A program made the translations under genes and the position numbers. From Phoronis australis (Eukaryota > Animalia > Phoronida), in the NCBI GenBank assembly GCA_002633005.1, contig NMRA01000155.1, positions 452,275 to 516,274 of the forward strand: DNA of 64,000 nucleotides, read 5' to 3'. Of this stretch, positions 25,967 to 39,424 are shown in pieces (the first letter of the stretch is position 1; each line of letters opens with the position of its first letter). The notes beneath the pieces were generated by a model. It was given only the letters and a program-made list of their open reading frames with translations. It had not been told where the DNA came from and did not search any database.

Positions 25967-26281
25967 TTGCAGAAAACCTGTCGCAGTATGCTTTTCCTGG
26001 TAAAGTGTGGACTGCGTTAATATGTGACTTGAGCAAGAAACAGAGGTGGAAAGATATCTTATACATCCTCACCAAGCCCCAGGGTTTTGCATTGGCTCGC
26101 AGTGCGCGTGCTTGTAATGTGAACTACACCAGTCTGTTGAAATTGGGAGCTAAAGAATGGCGCCAATGGGCAGAAGAACTCCTCGTCAAGTTATTGGACA
26201 GAGGAGCTACCCCCAATTACCTGGTGGAACACAGGCAACTACCCCTCCTTCATGCTACAGTTTTCCAGTGTCTTGAGCAAG
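25967..26281 (+). CDS. TRANK1: TRANK1-like exon 4, ankyrin-like (…LLVKLLDRGATPN…PLLHAT…)
   Basis: AG acceptor and GTAAAA donor, 315 nt, phase 1/1. Contains the ankyrin-like LL..GA.PN motif. Confidence 0.85.
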
Positions 26282-26979
26282 GTAAAAGCAATTAGATCTG
26301 TCTCTTATTGTATCAAAGTGCTTGGGAAGAAGTGAGAGTTTGTTGTCGCTCGAGTCTATGCTCAATGCATAAATTGTTGCCAGTATTCTTCTTCTCATTA
26401 GTTTTGCTGTTTATGCAACATAATTGTGCCAGTGACCAAACCAGCTGCTAGCAGTTGAAAACAGGAAAAGCCACGTGTCGTGGTACAATTGTACGTGTTA
26501 ACTCTATGCGCAAGCATAAACAGTATTGAAATAGCTAGATCAGCGGGTGTAAACATAGCTTAGTGAAGCTAAAACTTGCCGTAGCAATGAGGATAAAATA
26601 GCAGAAGAAAGGACAATTGGTATTAATTTTGCACAAATTCCTCAGATGCCTTGTAAATTTAAGGCAGACAGTTTAGTCCTTGTTGGGACGGTTTGTGTGA
26701 CCAGCCACGGGGATCCTGGCTTTTTATCTCTTGGGAAAACTGGTTGACAAAACGTATGCAGGGCTGTAATTTACAAATTAAAACAATTATGTATACTATG
26801 ACATCTTTGAACTGCTGAGAATTGAACTGTTCTGTGGCCATAAAGTGTATAAATCTGTTGGCTCATTTATTAGCTCTCGTGCAAAGTGCACTTTTCGTTA
26901 TAACTTGATTTTGGTTGAACCATGCATTTCTTTGTCTGTAACCTTGGTAGTGATCTAATGCTCTTAATTGCATTTGTAG

Positions 26980-27273
26980 GTTCAGAAAAGTTGTTGGAAC
27001 ACATTCTACGAACATGTAAATCTGCAGAAAAAAATGCAATGGATTCCGGAGGAAACACGTTGCTACAGAATGTTTGCGAAAAATTTAATCTCATAAAAAT
27101 AAAGTTCATCACCAGGCTGATGAATAATGGTGTGAATGGCTGTTTGATTTTGAAATATTCACTGTCAGAGTTGTGTAGTGTACCCACGAAACCAACAATG
27201 GAAACAACTTCCAAAGAAACCCTCCCAGAAACCACCAAGCTCCAAAGGGACCTCACCGAAGTTTCTACATCTG
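26980..27273 (+). CDS. TRANK1: TRANK1-like exon 5, ankyrin (NAMDSGGNTLLQ) plus Thr/Glu-rich linker
   Basis: tttgtAG acceptor and G|GTTAGT donor, 294 nt, phase 1/1. Confidence 0.78.
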
Positions 27274-28895
27274 GTTAGTACCTGCTACGATCTTGCATTG
27301 TGACGAGTTTGCACCGCCTGCAGAGCTTAAAATTGCTGATTACTTGCAAACTATTTGGCAGGACTCAGAAAATTATATTAGCACTTAATGAGTAAAAATC
27401 CATTCTTTCTTATATTGAAAAGGAAATGAGAGCTCAAAATTCACTATTATTAGTGTTGCTTAGTGAGGCAATAATGATCGACATTCCCGCAGAAATGGGT
27501 GCATTCTGGTAAATCACGTGGGCCCTACGAAAACATGACGTTTGCTGTAAGGTGTGCTGCAAACGTCCAGCAAATAATTTTGCATGCAACAATCCAGTTG
27601 CAGTGTTTGCAGGAGTTCAGCTGCAATTCAGCCCCACACATTGCTGCATTCTCGCTGCAACCACTGAAGTCTTCAGCAAGGTTGCGGAAAACTCAGTTTA
27701 CAGTACAGAGTTTGCGGGATGGTTGCAGCAAATTTTGAGGATTTGTTTGCTCGACAGTTGTGACAAAACTGATCAGTGATTGGCTGATAGCCCTGAATGA
27801 ATAAAATGTCGCTTAATGAGAAGTGAGAATTATCTCACTGCTAATGACATTTCAGTGAGATTCCCACTAACAGAATGTTTTGAGTGAGAAAGCACAGTGA
27901 GAACCCAGTGAGAATTTCAGACATAGAAAATTTCTAAGTAAAAATTGAGTGAGAATTTGAAATTGTTAAATTGAGAATGAGAATTGGGAATTTAGGATAA
28001 ATGAATTTAGGATAAATGATAAACATGCTCATTAGCTGTTTGGAAATTTCAATTTTCTAAATTCAAATAAAATAGCGCCAGAGATGCAATTGATATGAAG
28101 TAGAGAAACAACTTGAAGATTTTTTTGATGAGTATTGAGAAATTACTGAACTGTAGTTTAACCAGAGGGGATGCTGGACTGAAGTTGTGGATAATATTAA
28201 TAAACTAAAGGTTTGTGCCTTCCATCTACATCTAGTAGAGTGGTTGAAGCTCCATTGTTAGACTGCATAATTGATGTCTTTGTTCTGGAGGTGCTGGCAG
28301 CTGAGTTTTTAGTATTTTGTTGATTCACCAAAAGTGTTAATTAGAAGTTGTTTAGAGGTTAAATCTACTTGTAATACAAAGGTTTAAGCATTAGTTCTTC
28401 TATAAATCATGTTGATGTTTTCAGGAGATAAGGTTTGACAATTACTACTTAAAAGGTCAAACAGGTAATCAAGTTGTCAGTTTATGTCATTACCATATTT
28501 TTGATAAACTCACAATAATGCGCAGTATTTTGGTTACCAAGAAAGCTTTGAACTCTATTCTAATTTCAATGGCTAAATGCATGCAGAAAACATTCGCCAG
28601 GCAGTGATATTTTCAGTATGGGTAAGAGTCATGCTGGAAGACGGGTCTCATTGAGTCAGAATGCTGTGCAAATACCGGTAGTGAGATTCTCACTGCCTTC
28701 TCACTGGAATACCGCTGTATTCTCACTGTAGTGACATTTTTGTCACTTATTTGAAAGACATCTTAATTAATAGATTCTCACTGGAATTCAATGGGATTCT
28801 CACTTACTTTCAGCATGAGAATTTCCTGGGCTTTTTCATGGATTACTATCAATGTGATGGCTTATGGAAACATTAACAGAAACTGTTCCATTAAG

Positions 28896-31800
28896 TAGGG
28901 TCGATACAAAGGTTTCAAAACCCTGCTTGCCAGCTGGACGAGTGAGCCAGAAAATCTACTCGTCCAGCCCAAAGTTCAGTCACCTGGCCGTTTGCGTCTG
29001 TCACCACAAACTTGCTGCCTGAGTGTACATAAAAATCATAATTTTGTGCGTTGATGCTATTGTATTCGCCCTGGTGCTTAGAAAAATTTGTTTCGGAAGG
29101 CGGGGGACGCTCATGGTTGTAGCCTAAGGCGGTTGAAACCTGGTCTCCTAAATGGGTGAAATCGGAAGCTTAGGATTCATCAAATTTACACGCTGTGACA
29201 TACCTGTAACTTATGACAGACTTTCTTCAAAACTGTGATGCCTTGCTATCCAACTTAGTTGTAACATTGCGATCAATTTTAGAAAAAATGTGCTGAAATC
29301 CCAGCCGGGCGAAAACTTGCCCTCTGATGCGTTGCTGCTTCGCGATCATCTACAGGGAAGTTAAATTCTTGAGTAAAAGTACACTGAGTTTCGATTCAAC
29401 AAATTACCTGAAATTCTCCTTAAGTTTTCCAAATAGCGTCCCTAAGATTTTTAAGTTCCTGTGGAGTCGGGATTAACCACAGATTAATTCCAAATCTGCG
29501 CTAGATCGCACCCCGCAACGAGAAAAATCTGGACGAGCACACGTTGTTGTCATGGTCACGTGGCGTTTGTTTTGAAGTTAGTCTGCAGGTGTGCGCCGAG
29601 TGAGCGAGCCTGTGTGTGTCATCGGAGTTCATTTGCCAGAGTAATAGGCCCACATATATGTATTCCCTAGCGCGTGCTTCTTGTTCACGTGCTCTTTAAC
29701 ACTGGTCAAGTTTCGATTCGTGGTTTTTGTGTGCTGACATATTTATATGTGGGCGCATTATGCCGTCATTTCCGTCCGTCCGTCCGGCGTCTGATGCTCT
29801 ACCTCCGAAATGCCTTGACGTATGTTCATGAAATTTTGCGCATCTGTTTCTTCCATGCCGGATGGGACGACATGAGCGAACTTTCGGATGGATCCAACTA
29901 CCGGTGTGCCCCTAGTGGCAATTTTAGTTTTTACCTTTACCTCTGTATCTTCAAAAGTCCTGAACGGATTTTCATAAAATATGATATTTAGGCGCCTATT
30001 AGTTAGATGACGCTATGCTCTGGTTTTTGGATGGATTCGATGTAGTTTGCACCACCTTTTGGCCATTCTTGCTGTTTTCTAATCTGTTTTTTGCGTCCAC
30101 CCCTCTATCAACCAAACCACTCAAAGCATGATTGTGAAAATTGTATGTTCTTAGTACGAAGTGGACGGCTGACGCTGATTTTCTGACGACTTCGACTACT
30201 GTGGCGCCTCCTAGTGGCAGTTTTGTTTTTTTGCTCCCATGGCTATATCTCAGTCCTAAACCGTTCGCATGATCTTTACTAAATTTAGTAAGGTTATTTT
30301 TATGATGTTAACAACGAAAGACGACTTTCAGACGCATCTGAATACTGGTATGCCACCTAGTGGCATTTTTATTTTTTTACGTTTACCTCTGTGTGTTCAA
30401 AGGTCCTCAACGTATTGTCATGAAATGTGGCATACAGGCATCTGTTAATGAAGTGACACTATCTCTCCATTTTCAAATGGATTCTACCTATAGTTTGCCC
30501 CACCTAGTGGCCATTTTTACTGTTTTTTGGCGTCCACTCGTTTATCAACCAAATCGCTTTCAGGATAATTGTGAAAATTGGCATGTATGTTTTTTCTATG
30601 ACGTGGACAGTGGACGATGATTTTCTGACGAGTTTGACTTCTGTGGTGCCTCCTGAGTGTCAGTTTTGTTTTTTTGCCCTCATGGTTGTATCTCCTAAAC
30701 CGTTTGCAGGATCTTTACTTAATTTAGCTAGTGTATTTATATGATGTTGACAATGGACGACTTTCAGAGAGATCTGGCTGCTGGTGTGCCCCCTAGTGGC
30801 AATTTTAGATTTTTACGTTTACCAGTCTGTATCTTCAAAGGTCGTCAACAAATTTTCATAAAATTTTGAATATTGGTTAGATGACGCTATCATTTTACGC
30901 CACCTAGGGGCCATTTTTGCTGTTTTCAAATCTTGTTTTTTGCATCCACCCCTCGATCAACCAAATCCTTCTTGGGATGATTTTGAAAATTGGCGTATAT
31001 GTTTTCAGTGTGAAGAGGATGCTTGATGATGGCGACTGGCTACTGTGGCGCCTCCTAGTGATAGTTTTGTTTTGTTTTGTGCCCATAGCTGTATCTCCAA
31101 AACCCACTGCAGGGTCTTTGTTAAAATTAGTTACGGTAAAGTCGCGTGATTTTCGGACGGCCCGCCATTTTCGACCAAGAATAAATATTTACGANAGATA
31201 CGCAAATTGGCCATATATTCTGCTGGACTTATATACGGAAATCTACGGTGAATCTTCTTAAACCTGTAAACCATGAAAATTTCATTGAGACAGTTTTGTT
31301 CTACTAACATGTTCAACTAACATTCCGTTCATGCAAGTCGGTCAGTTGCGTTTAAGTCGTTATTGCAACAGGTAAGTGTTGTTTTGATTTTTGTTTGGTG
31401 CTTCCATATTTTATTTTGTTATGTATTCCTCTCCTCAGATAGTCACTGTTATTTTTCAAAAACATTTCAGCCTGTAGTGAATTTATATGAATATAACAGA
31501 CAACGACTTTCAGGCGGATCGAATGGATGCTCAGTGCCCACAAGTGGCGAATTTCATTTTGTTCTGTTTTCCTTTGTTTCTCTGAAGTTCCTTGACACAT
31601 TTTTATGAAATATGGCATGTTCCTGTTTTTGGATGAATTATACTTTTTTGCTCCATCTAGTGGCCATTTTTATGAAACAAATAAACCTAAAAACAAACCA
31701 TTTGCGATGCACTCGTGGCCACAATATTCAAGGCTCCGCGTTGCTCTTGTTACTTCCCCAAGTAATCTGGATTTCTGTTGAGGTAGAATATCTGTACGGG

Positions 31801-32666
31801 AAAGATACAATACAATCTCGTTGACCAGTACGCAGCATCTGTTCTGAAAAGCCAGACCATAGTGGGACATGTTCCTCACACGAGGAGCAAAGCTTTTGTG
31901 TTTTTTAAGCACTGCTGAAGTTTGAAGTCTACAGCCATGGCTAAATACCCCGGCAAGCGGCGACTGGCTTGTGGTCTAGAAATTCCGCACACAATGATAT
32001 TTCAGGACTGTCGGATATGATTGATAAATTGAAGACATTACTGTAAATCAAATTTTAGAACTCTAGGTATGGCATTTTTCGCATAATGTACACGTTCATG
32101 GACTGGGTGCTTATTTTAGCGAAGTCTGAAAACGAGTGGGGAGAGGCACTTATAGGGGCATGGAGGCTTATTAGGACGAATGTTATTATTTATAAAATAA
32201 TTTTGGCTAAAATGACTTTACACATTACAATAAGAAATCAGCTCCAAGAAATGTGGCATTTCACTTGCTGTGAACACATGAACCGGTCTTCAACCTTTCC
32301 CTCCCTTTATTCGTTTCGTACTAGTCCACAAATTCCATTGTGCAGACCACTATTGTGATATTTTGTCTCGACTAATCGCGTAACAGCAGGTGATATCTAC
32401 TGAGTCGGTAGAAGTGCACTGCACAGATGTTAAACTGACAGAGCATCGATCAGCACGTTGACCAAAGTGAACCTTAAAACCATCATGATAAAAACAACAT
32501 AAGGAGGATAAAATTAAGTCATGTTCATCTGGGAAACAACATAGTGCGTTTGTGCTCTGAAAATTTGCTCGCCACCTGGGCAACGGGCAAGTCAACTTCT
32601 ACTCGCCCAGCACCATTTTTACTTGCATTGGCAACTCGATCAGGCGAGTGGCTAAGTATATCCCTG
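28896..32666. mobile_element. Older copy of the CAGGGATATAC-terminated (hAT-like) non-autonomous element, with nested insertions
   Basis: The left end (ggtttcaaaaccctgcttgccagctgg..cgagtgagccagaaaat) and right end (ggcgagtggctaagtatatccctg) match the copy at 45458-47112. TSD not preserved. Confidence 0.75.
29724..31718 (+). mobile_element. DINE-1/HINE (Helentron-associated)-like element with a (GTCC)n tract and internal higher-order tandem array
   Basis: 5' hairpin tgtgctgacata/tatgtgggcgca, then ccgtccgtccgtcc, then ~145-bp subunits in A-B-C order (~440-bp period). Interrupted near 31132-31350, with an N at 31195. Confidence 0.7.
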
Positions 32667-33709
32667 TGTAGATGTTTACCCCAAATTTGACAAAATATAG
32701 TTTCATCTGTTTAATCTGGTTTGTAGACTTTTGTGGTAAATTGTCCACAAAGTTGGAGCCAGTGTGCTGCATGTGTTTCCAGGAAGGCCTTTTTTGTGTG
32801 GGTGGCCCTGTATCACATGAACACCCCCATGTTGATGAACTGCTCTCAGTCCATACGGAAGTCAAAAAGTGGGACTTAATTAGTAAATATTGACTGGCCA
32901 TTGAGGGAAGTATCACACCATCGGAAATGATGTTACAGCATTGTAGACTTAATTCAACATCAGCGTGCCCTGATCCTGTTAGATTTTAATGGGTTTCAGT
33001 GTTGTAAAATGTTGATTTGTCTCCTCTGTGGTGTATAGAGAAACTGCACAAGCATCCAGTATTTACTTTCATCCCAGGTGTTGTGGCAATTAAACGAGTT
33101 CTTTGCATGTTACTATTTTTTGCATTGCAACTTAATGAGCCATATGCTGTGTCTTATGTGGAGCTCACTTATGGACAGTTCGTAAGCCAGATCATATGTT
33201 TGACCCCAAATCAGATTGAAAAGTCTACATTTCACTGGGCTTGGAATTTTCCGNGGGAAAGGTTCACATCGACCATTTCAAGGCTGGGTAGCGCGCATGA
33301 TTTGGGCCATAAAAGTTTCCGCGTTTTTTGTCATTGGTCATTCCAAGCCCTGACATTTCAATGACTCATTATGACTTGTGGTTATAGGCTAGCTCTGCCT
33401 TCCCATGGTGATTTGATGTGATTGGCAGAATGTTGACATTTTTGTACTAATGTTATGCTGATGAGTTAATTATAAGGTTGCAGACAGGACCCCTCTCTGA
33501 AGGCAAGTTTAGTAGGTCTGATCTACCTCATTATGTGGTAAACTGTCCAGAGTAATGAGCTCATCTACTCGGGACAGTCTTATAAGTAAACCATGAAGAT
33601 CGCATGAAAAGCATTTTGCGTCATGTTTTGATCAGTTGTACAGTCTGTGTTCACATTTTGGCATGATATTAAAAGTACATCTTAATAATGTTGCAATTTT
33701 TGAATTAAG

Positions 33710-33969
33710 GGACTGCAGACCCAAGGGCTGAGTTTGAACGACTAAAAAACAGGGCCAAGTTGCTGAAAGATCAAGGAAGAATAAAGGAATCTCTGGAAGC
33801 ATTCCTTCTTGCTAAGGATGTGGCAATTGAAAATGAAAGTGTGTTACTGAAAAGGCATGTAGCTGATGTGTTTGTCAGTTGTTCAGAACTGCATGTTGCC
33901 TGTGGTGAGCTAGAACAAGCGACGAATATGGCTGCCATCAGTATAGAAAAAGACCCTATGTGGTACAAG
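33710..33969 (+). CDS. TRANK1: TRANK1-like exon 6, TPR-like (ADPRAEFERLKNRAKLLKDQG...SIEKDPMWYK), paralogous to exon 2
   Basis: Phase-1 acceptor at 33710, with an alternative in-frame acceptor at 33719. Donor AAG|GTTTGT, phase 0. Confidence 0.85.
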
Positions 33970-34320
33970 GTTTGTTTCTTTTGAGTTTTCTATCTTAATG
34001 TAAGGTGGTTGAATATTGACATTGCCGACTGCAGTAGCATTGTTAACTTAGACATGGAGATAAGACCAGCTTGCGTAAAGCATTTAATTAATTTTTAATT
34101 TATTAAATTTTGATGTTTGCATGATTTTAACACTCTAACACTCTAATTGTAATTAAACATAATGTTTGTCCCTGGGCCCTGGCATCAATCAAAATTGATA
34201 TCTAGTTTGCAGCGTGATGACTGCAAGTTCAAAAGCAATCCGTGCATAGTGCAATGCATAAAGTTCTGTTTTGCTCTCTGCAATTACTCCATGTGACACC
34301 GTTATCAACTATGACTATAG

Positions 34321-34480
34321 GGATTTTACCAGTATGGTCTGGTCCTAAAGAAGGTTGACTGGAAGTATGGCGTGGAGAGACCTTTCTTTCATGCTTTAGA
34401 CCGACTGCGTTCAAGTTCTCATGACGACACAAAAGTCATCATTCTTGAAGAACTTGTTGACTTGTTGCCAAATGAGCCGA
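34321..34480 (+). CDS. TRANK1: TRANK1-like exon 7 (GFYQYGLVLKKVDWKYGVERPFFHALD...LVDLLPNEP), paralogous to exon 3
   Basis: AG acceptor and A|GTAAGT donor, 160 nt, phase 0/1, open frame. Not in the ORF track. Confidence 0.85.
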
Positions 34481-34510
34481 GTAAGTAGAAAGCTTTTGTT
34501 AAAGTCAATA

Positions 34511-36890
34511 CCTTAATCGTTCGGGTTAACGCCCATGCTCAGTTAACCGCCCATCCCCGACTTTAAGTGGATTTCCGATTTAACCGCCCACTGCTCGGTT
34601 AAGCGCCCCCCTGCGATTTTTGAAGATTTCCAGTTAAGCGCCCACCTCTCGGTTAAGTGCCCATCCCGACTTTTAAAGAATGAAGATTTAGCGCCTAGTG
34701 CTAAGGAAACGCGCGATTCCCCGACTTTTAGAAAAAGATCGATGATCACAATGAGTGCAACGACGCTGGGACTCCAAGACGGTGGTTTAGCAATCTGAAT
34801 TACAATACAGGTAAAGAGTTATTGTCTTGAGTCATGAACTCACTTCAAAATACTGGAACCTTTTTGTCACTTTATTTTCTTCCCTAATGTTTGCAAAGTT
34901 TAAGAACGCCGCCGGCGTCAAAACCTCCGCTTTCAGCGACTTTGTCTGCCGCACTGAGTTTCTGTCTGCAGTGCACTAGATAAAACATATATTCGAAAAA
35001 ATCAGGCCAGAGAAATGTGACAATGGTTTTGCCAACCCTCCAAATTCTATTAAGGTGGGAAGCTCTCGTATTTTGAACAAATCTCACAACTCACGGAAAG
35101 ATGTCAAATTCTCAATATTTTGATGAATATAACTGCCGGGTTATAGAGGATGTGGGGCGACCGAAGGGACAGTACAAGTGCCTTACTGGGTTACCGATTT
35201 CGTTGCTGCCTGTCGATTTCTGAATTCAAACGTTGGCAATAATGTATGTTTGTGTATGATCTTGAAGTAATAAAAAACGGCTAGTCAAATTTTGTTTTTC
35301 GCTTATTGCATCTCAGTCAAACTGGTTAGCAGATTCAACTAATGTCGCTGGCTGTTCTTTACTATTTCTTGCGTCAGCCCCCACGTAAGCGTGACTGTGT
35401 GAATTATCGTTTTCACATCCCCTTTTTAGCCATCCGGAATAGTTTTGTTCATACATTGGCCATTTTCAGCCTGAACAAAAATTCTTACCATTCGAGTCTG
35501 AAATATCTACGACGTAGACTGCTTGACGATAGTGGGTAGGAGATTCACGCAGCTAGTTACAGGGATGGGCTTAGGGAGCATCGAGCCGGGAAATATGGGA
35601 ATAGACTTGACATCGCAGTTTTGGGGAACATTGGCAACGGAGGAATATCGTAAAGAACTGGGTCTTTCGTAACAACAGCTTAAAAGCACATAGTCACGCC
35701 CGTTTTTGTTACTTCGGACTGTCGCTATGTGTGACTGATTTGTAGTGGTGCACGTGCGCAAGTTCCCACACTTTGGAGTGCATGTTACCTTGACACCAAC
35801 ATGTGATTGACAGGTGACTCACACGTAGGCCCTACGTGCTTGCTGAATACCGCCACTATATTTAGCCATAAAAAACGAGATGCATATTGAAAGAGGCCAT
35901 TATATTACTTGACGGCATTTCCAAGTCACGATTGTCAGCCGACTGAGACATTGCGCGATAACAGCGGGACTGAACAGTGCCGCAGTGCGATATTACAAGT
36001 GATATGAATAGGATAATCTGGACATCTTGCATGAAAAATAAATGTTTTTCCACCACGAAGTTTGGTAAGGTGATCGTATAGAATAATGAACTGAAACATT
36101 GCTGTTTTCTGACATTTTGTAACATATTTATGCAGTTGCTTGAAATTTTATTCTTGACCGACGACTGGCTCGACCACCCCCGATCCTTGTCTTACTTCTT
36201 TGCATAACATGTTTGGCGCAACGGCAAGAGAGCAATGCCGGGCTGTCGAGATAAGACAGCTAGCCGCAGAACAATACGCTGAAAATATCACTGAGTCACG
36301 GAATGTCGACTATAACATCCCAAACACAAAAAAACAGCAGAGTTTTACAAACTTTTACTACAACCAATTTTAAAACTGCTCTCTGACTCAGAACTTGACA
36401 GCTACATATAGTACGAGACCAGAAATTTGATGTCTGACCTCTGCAACACGTGAAGCTTGCACGCGCGCACTTAAGCAGGGTCACATCTTGAAACAGTTTT
36501 ATTCTAGTGGAGGCTGCGTGGTCACTGGTCGTCTGCGCACCGCAGGACGGCACGGGCTATTACTCAGCAATTTTGTAAATTTAATAGTGAATGACTAATC
36601 AGAGGGCAAGAGAACCTTTGTTGGGATCATCCGCTGTTATGACGTTTTCACAGTCATTTGGCAACGTGACGATAAAGCTTATGAGTGTCGTGTCGGGATT
36701 TAGATCGCCAGGTAAGATTAACCGCCCAGGGCGGTTGACTGTCGTAGTAAGCGCCCATGTTCGGTTAACCGCCCATCCCCTACTTTAGGTGGATTTTCGA
36801 TTTAACCGCCCACTGCTCGGTTAACCGCCCTCCCCGAATTTTTTGGTTCGCCAATTTAACCGCCCAGGGCGTTAACCCGAACGATTACGG
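34511..36890. mobile_element. Non-autonomous Tc1/mariner-pogo-like element with 24-bp TIRs and subterminal ttaaccgccc arrays
   Basis: ta|ccttaatcgttcgggttaacgccc ... gggcgttaacccgaacgattacgg. The block ttaaccgcccatcccc.actt...gtggattt.cgatttaaccgcccactgctcggttaa occurs near both ends. Confidence 0.85.
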
Positions 36891-37548
36891 TCAGTCACAA
36901 ATAACACTTTGAAGAAAGTAAAGTTTTATAGTATGGAAATGTAGTTGGGTAAGCAAGTGCCTGTTGGGTAATTTCCAATGTATTTTCAGAACTGTCACAT
37001 GATGAACAAATTTTATCAAAAGGCATATTACGCTAACATTTATTTCACACCATCTTAGAACTTTGGGAGTTAGTTCCATAGTTTGGAGTTCTCGCTTCGG
37101 TTCACTCGCAAAGAGATTGACAGGGTTTCACCAGAAAGAGAATTTCAGAGTAAATTAGAAGGTACGGAAACAAGAACGAGAATGTGCATGTATTCATTAC
37201 GTTCTATTGTGTTTTAATTGTTCTTCTGTTTGCTTTCACTCAAAAATACTTTAGCATATTTTGTGACCTAATGCTACTAGATTTGAGAAAAATCAATGCA
37301 TGACTACCTTTAAGTTGCCGCATTTCAATGCTTTTTAGTTGCTCCTTTTCTTTTGTTATTATTTGTGTTTTTGGTATGCCCTTGTCATACTCTGAGTTTG
37401 ACTGTCCAGTTGATGATCTTTCACCAAATCTTTTATTTGAACTTCGTGTTGAAAGTGAGTTACATATCCATGTTTAAAACCATATGAATCCTGAAGTGTT
37501 TCTGGTAGAAAGAATTGACTAGAATTAAATTACTTATTTTGAATACAG

Positions 37549-37863
37549 TTGACGCTGAGCTTCGTAAGCACTACTCCCTGTCACGCAGTGTGTGGACCAA
37601 ACTCTTGCCATTGCTGTGCGAACATTGTAAATGGAAAGCTGTTCACTATTTGCTGGTATCACCTGGAAACAGACAGGAACTTGCAGGTAGTCTTGATATC
37701 TCAGACCTCCAGGTTCAGGGTGTTCATGACATGACTAGTAAAGAATGGACACTGTATGGTAAAGCAGTACTGATGGAGCTGGCAAAACGGGGTTGCAGGT
37801 TGAATCTTGCCTTGCCTGAGGAACCACTGTTGCATGCAGTTTTGGGGCTGTGTGCAAAACACG
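37549..37863 (+). CDS. TRANK1: TRANK1-like exon 8 (DAELRKHYSLSRSVWTKLL...PLLHAVLGLCAKHG), paralogous to exon 4
   Basis: AG acceptor and GTGAGT donor, 315 nt (same length as exon 4), phase 1/1. Confidence 0.87.
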
Positions 37864-38280
37864 GTGAGTCTTAAATGTTACGTAGGATGCACAAAAATGT
37901 CCAAATTTGACAAAATTGTAAATATTGTACCTCTAAAATGACATCAGATTCATATGAAATTCTCAAGTACTTTGCTTTTTTGCAGTGTTCTCTAAAAAGC
38001 TATTGGGGATTGTTTTTAAAATATACCTTTTTGTGTGGTGCGATATCAAAACATGGGACAATTTTTTATGCATAACGTGATTTGGTCGTGATAGACTGGT
38101 CAGAAAATCCTCCCCTCATTTTCGGGTCAGTCGAAATTGAGTAAATCACATGTCTTTAGTTGGCTGGTAACATGCGATTACACGATAATACACATTAGCT
38201 GATGGCGTTCAGATAAGAGTTGCCTAAGAAACAACACGTCTGAATTCACTTTTTCGCTCTTCTGATAGATTTAAACTTAA

Positions 38281-39424
38281 CCCTTATCCTGCTAAGCCTC
38301 TATTCAGACAACTTTCCCTGTGTGCTAAGCTAAGTAGGTCACCACTGCTGCTATGCACTGGGCTGTTATGAAGGTCACTCAGATTAATGACCTAACATTT
38401 TTAAATTGGAAATTTGAAGGGGTAATGTCAATTTCACATAAAAGTAGTCTGCACAAAAGTTGTTCAGAATTTAATGGAGTTTTTCACCATATACATATCT
38501 TTACCATCGTCTTGCTGTGAATAATTCTATTAACTTTCAAACTGGACACCCTTTGTTTTTATCTGTTTTCGCACATGAGAACATTATAGCTGACACTCAA
38601 AAACCGTAATAAGCATTTTTAAAAGGGAATTCATGGGACTTGCATGTTTAACAAAGCAGATTTATTGTTTGTAACATCACATCTACAAACAAGAATGTAC
38701 AGTATATAACATAGGGCCTACCTCAACTTTGCACGATAACAAATTTATGAGTGGTGCAGTCGCTTGCTAAAGTCTGTTTTGAAGTTCACCTTGATATGCA
38801 AAAACTTGAAACACGGGTGGGGACACAAAGCTATTCTGTGAAAAAGTCACAAAAATATCTAGTTCTGAATGAGTTCCATCATGCGCGAAGGGCGTGAGCC
38901 AAGCATCGTCGTAGGCCCGTCCAAGTTCAGCTTCAGGGACCGGTAACTCCTCCAAAATTGCACTGAGATCCGAATCGATAGAATCTGCATTACTTGTGAC
39001 TGTTGTATTAGTTTCCCAGTCACTGTCACCGTCACTTTGAGTGCCAATTCCAGCTTGTTTTCACTATCTGAGTCCATGAACACTTCCTCAAGAAACTGGT
39101 CAACAGTCATCTTACCACGTTTGGCACCAGCCAAGATAAAACTTGCGTAAACTTTCAAATATCTCGGCAACAACTCACCACAGCCATATGTTGTAAATCA
39201 GAAAAATGTACAGGAAACTATGGACTGTGGAATGCGCATGCTCACATATATAAACAGCATACGGGGTTTTCACAATTTCTGAATGAAAAACACCGGTGTC
39301 CTGGGGTGAGTACACTCTCCTTGCGCAGTCTAGCCGTAGCTTATTATAGGCGATTGAGTACACCCGACGCATTTTAGTAGGATAATTGGCTTGTCGGCTG
39401 ACCTCGCCTAGCGCAGGATAAGGG
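38281..39424 (-). mobile_element. Internally deleted piggyBac element
   Basis: TTAA|CCCTTATCCTGC...GCAGGATAAGGG|TTAA (perfect 12-bp TIR, TTAA TSD). Minus-strand transposase-like remnants: acidic N-terminus (KRGKMTVDQFLEEVFMDSDSE) and Cys-rich C-terminal tail (ALCPHPCFKFLH). Empty site with a single TTAA at 42571-42574. Confidence 0.93.

Noticed and set aside
28425-28464. Possible 40-nt mini-exon (ttttcAG...CAG|GTAAT) in TRANK1 intron 5
   Set aside because: In the required phase 1 it hits a stop after four codons (GDKV*), and exon 5 joins exon 6 in frame without it. A poison exon cannot be excluded without RNA data.
29900-31100. Conserved cctagtggc cores separated by variable sequence as a CRISPR-like array
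   Set aside because: The intervening sequences are homologous with a three-subunit period, so this is a diverged tandem repeat rather than unique spacers.
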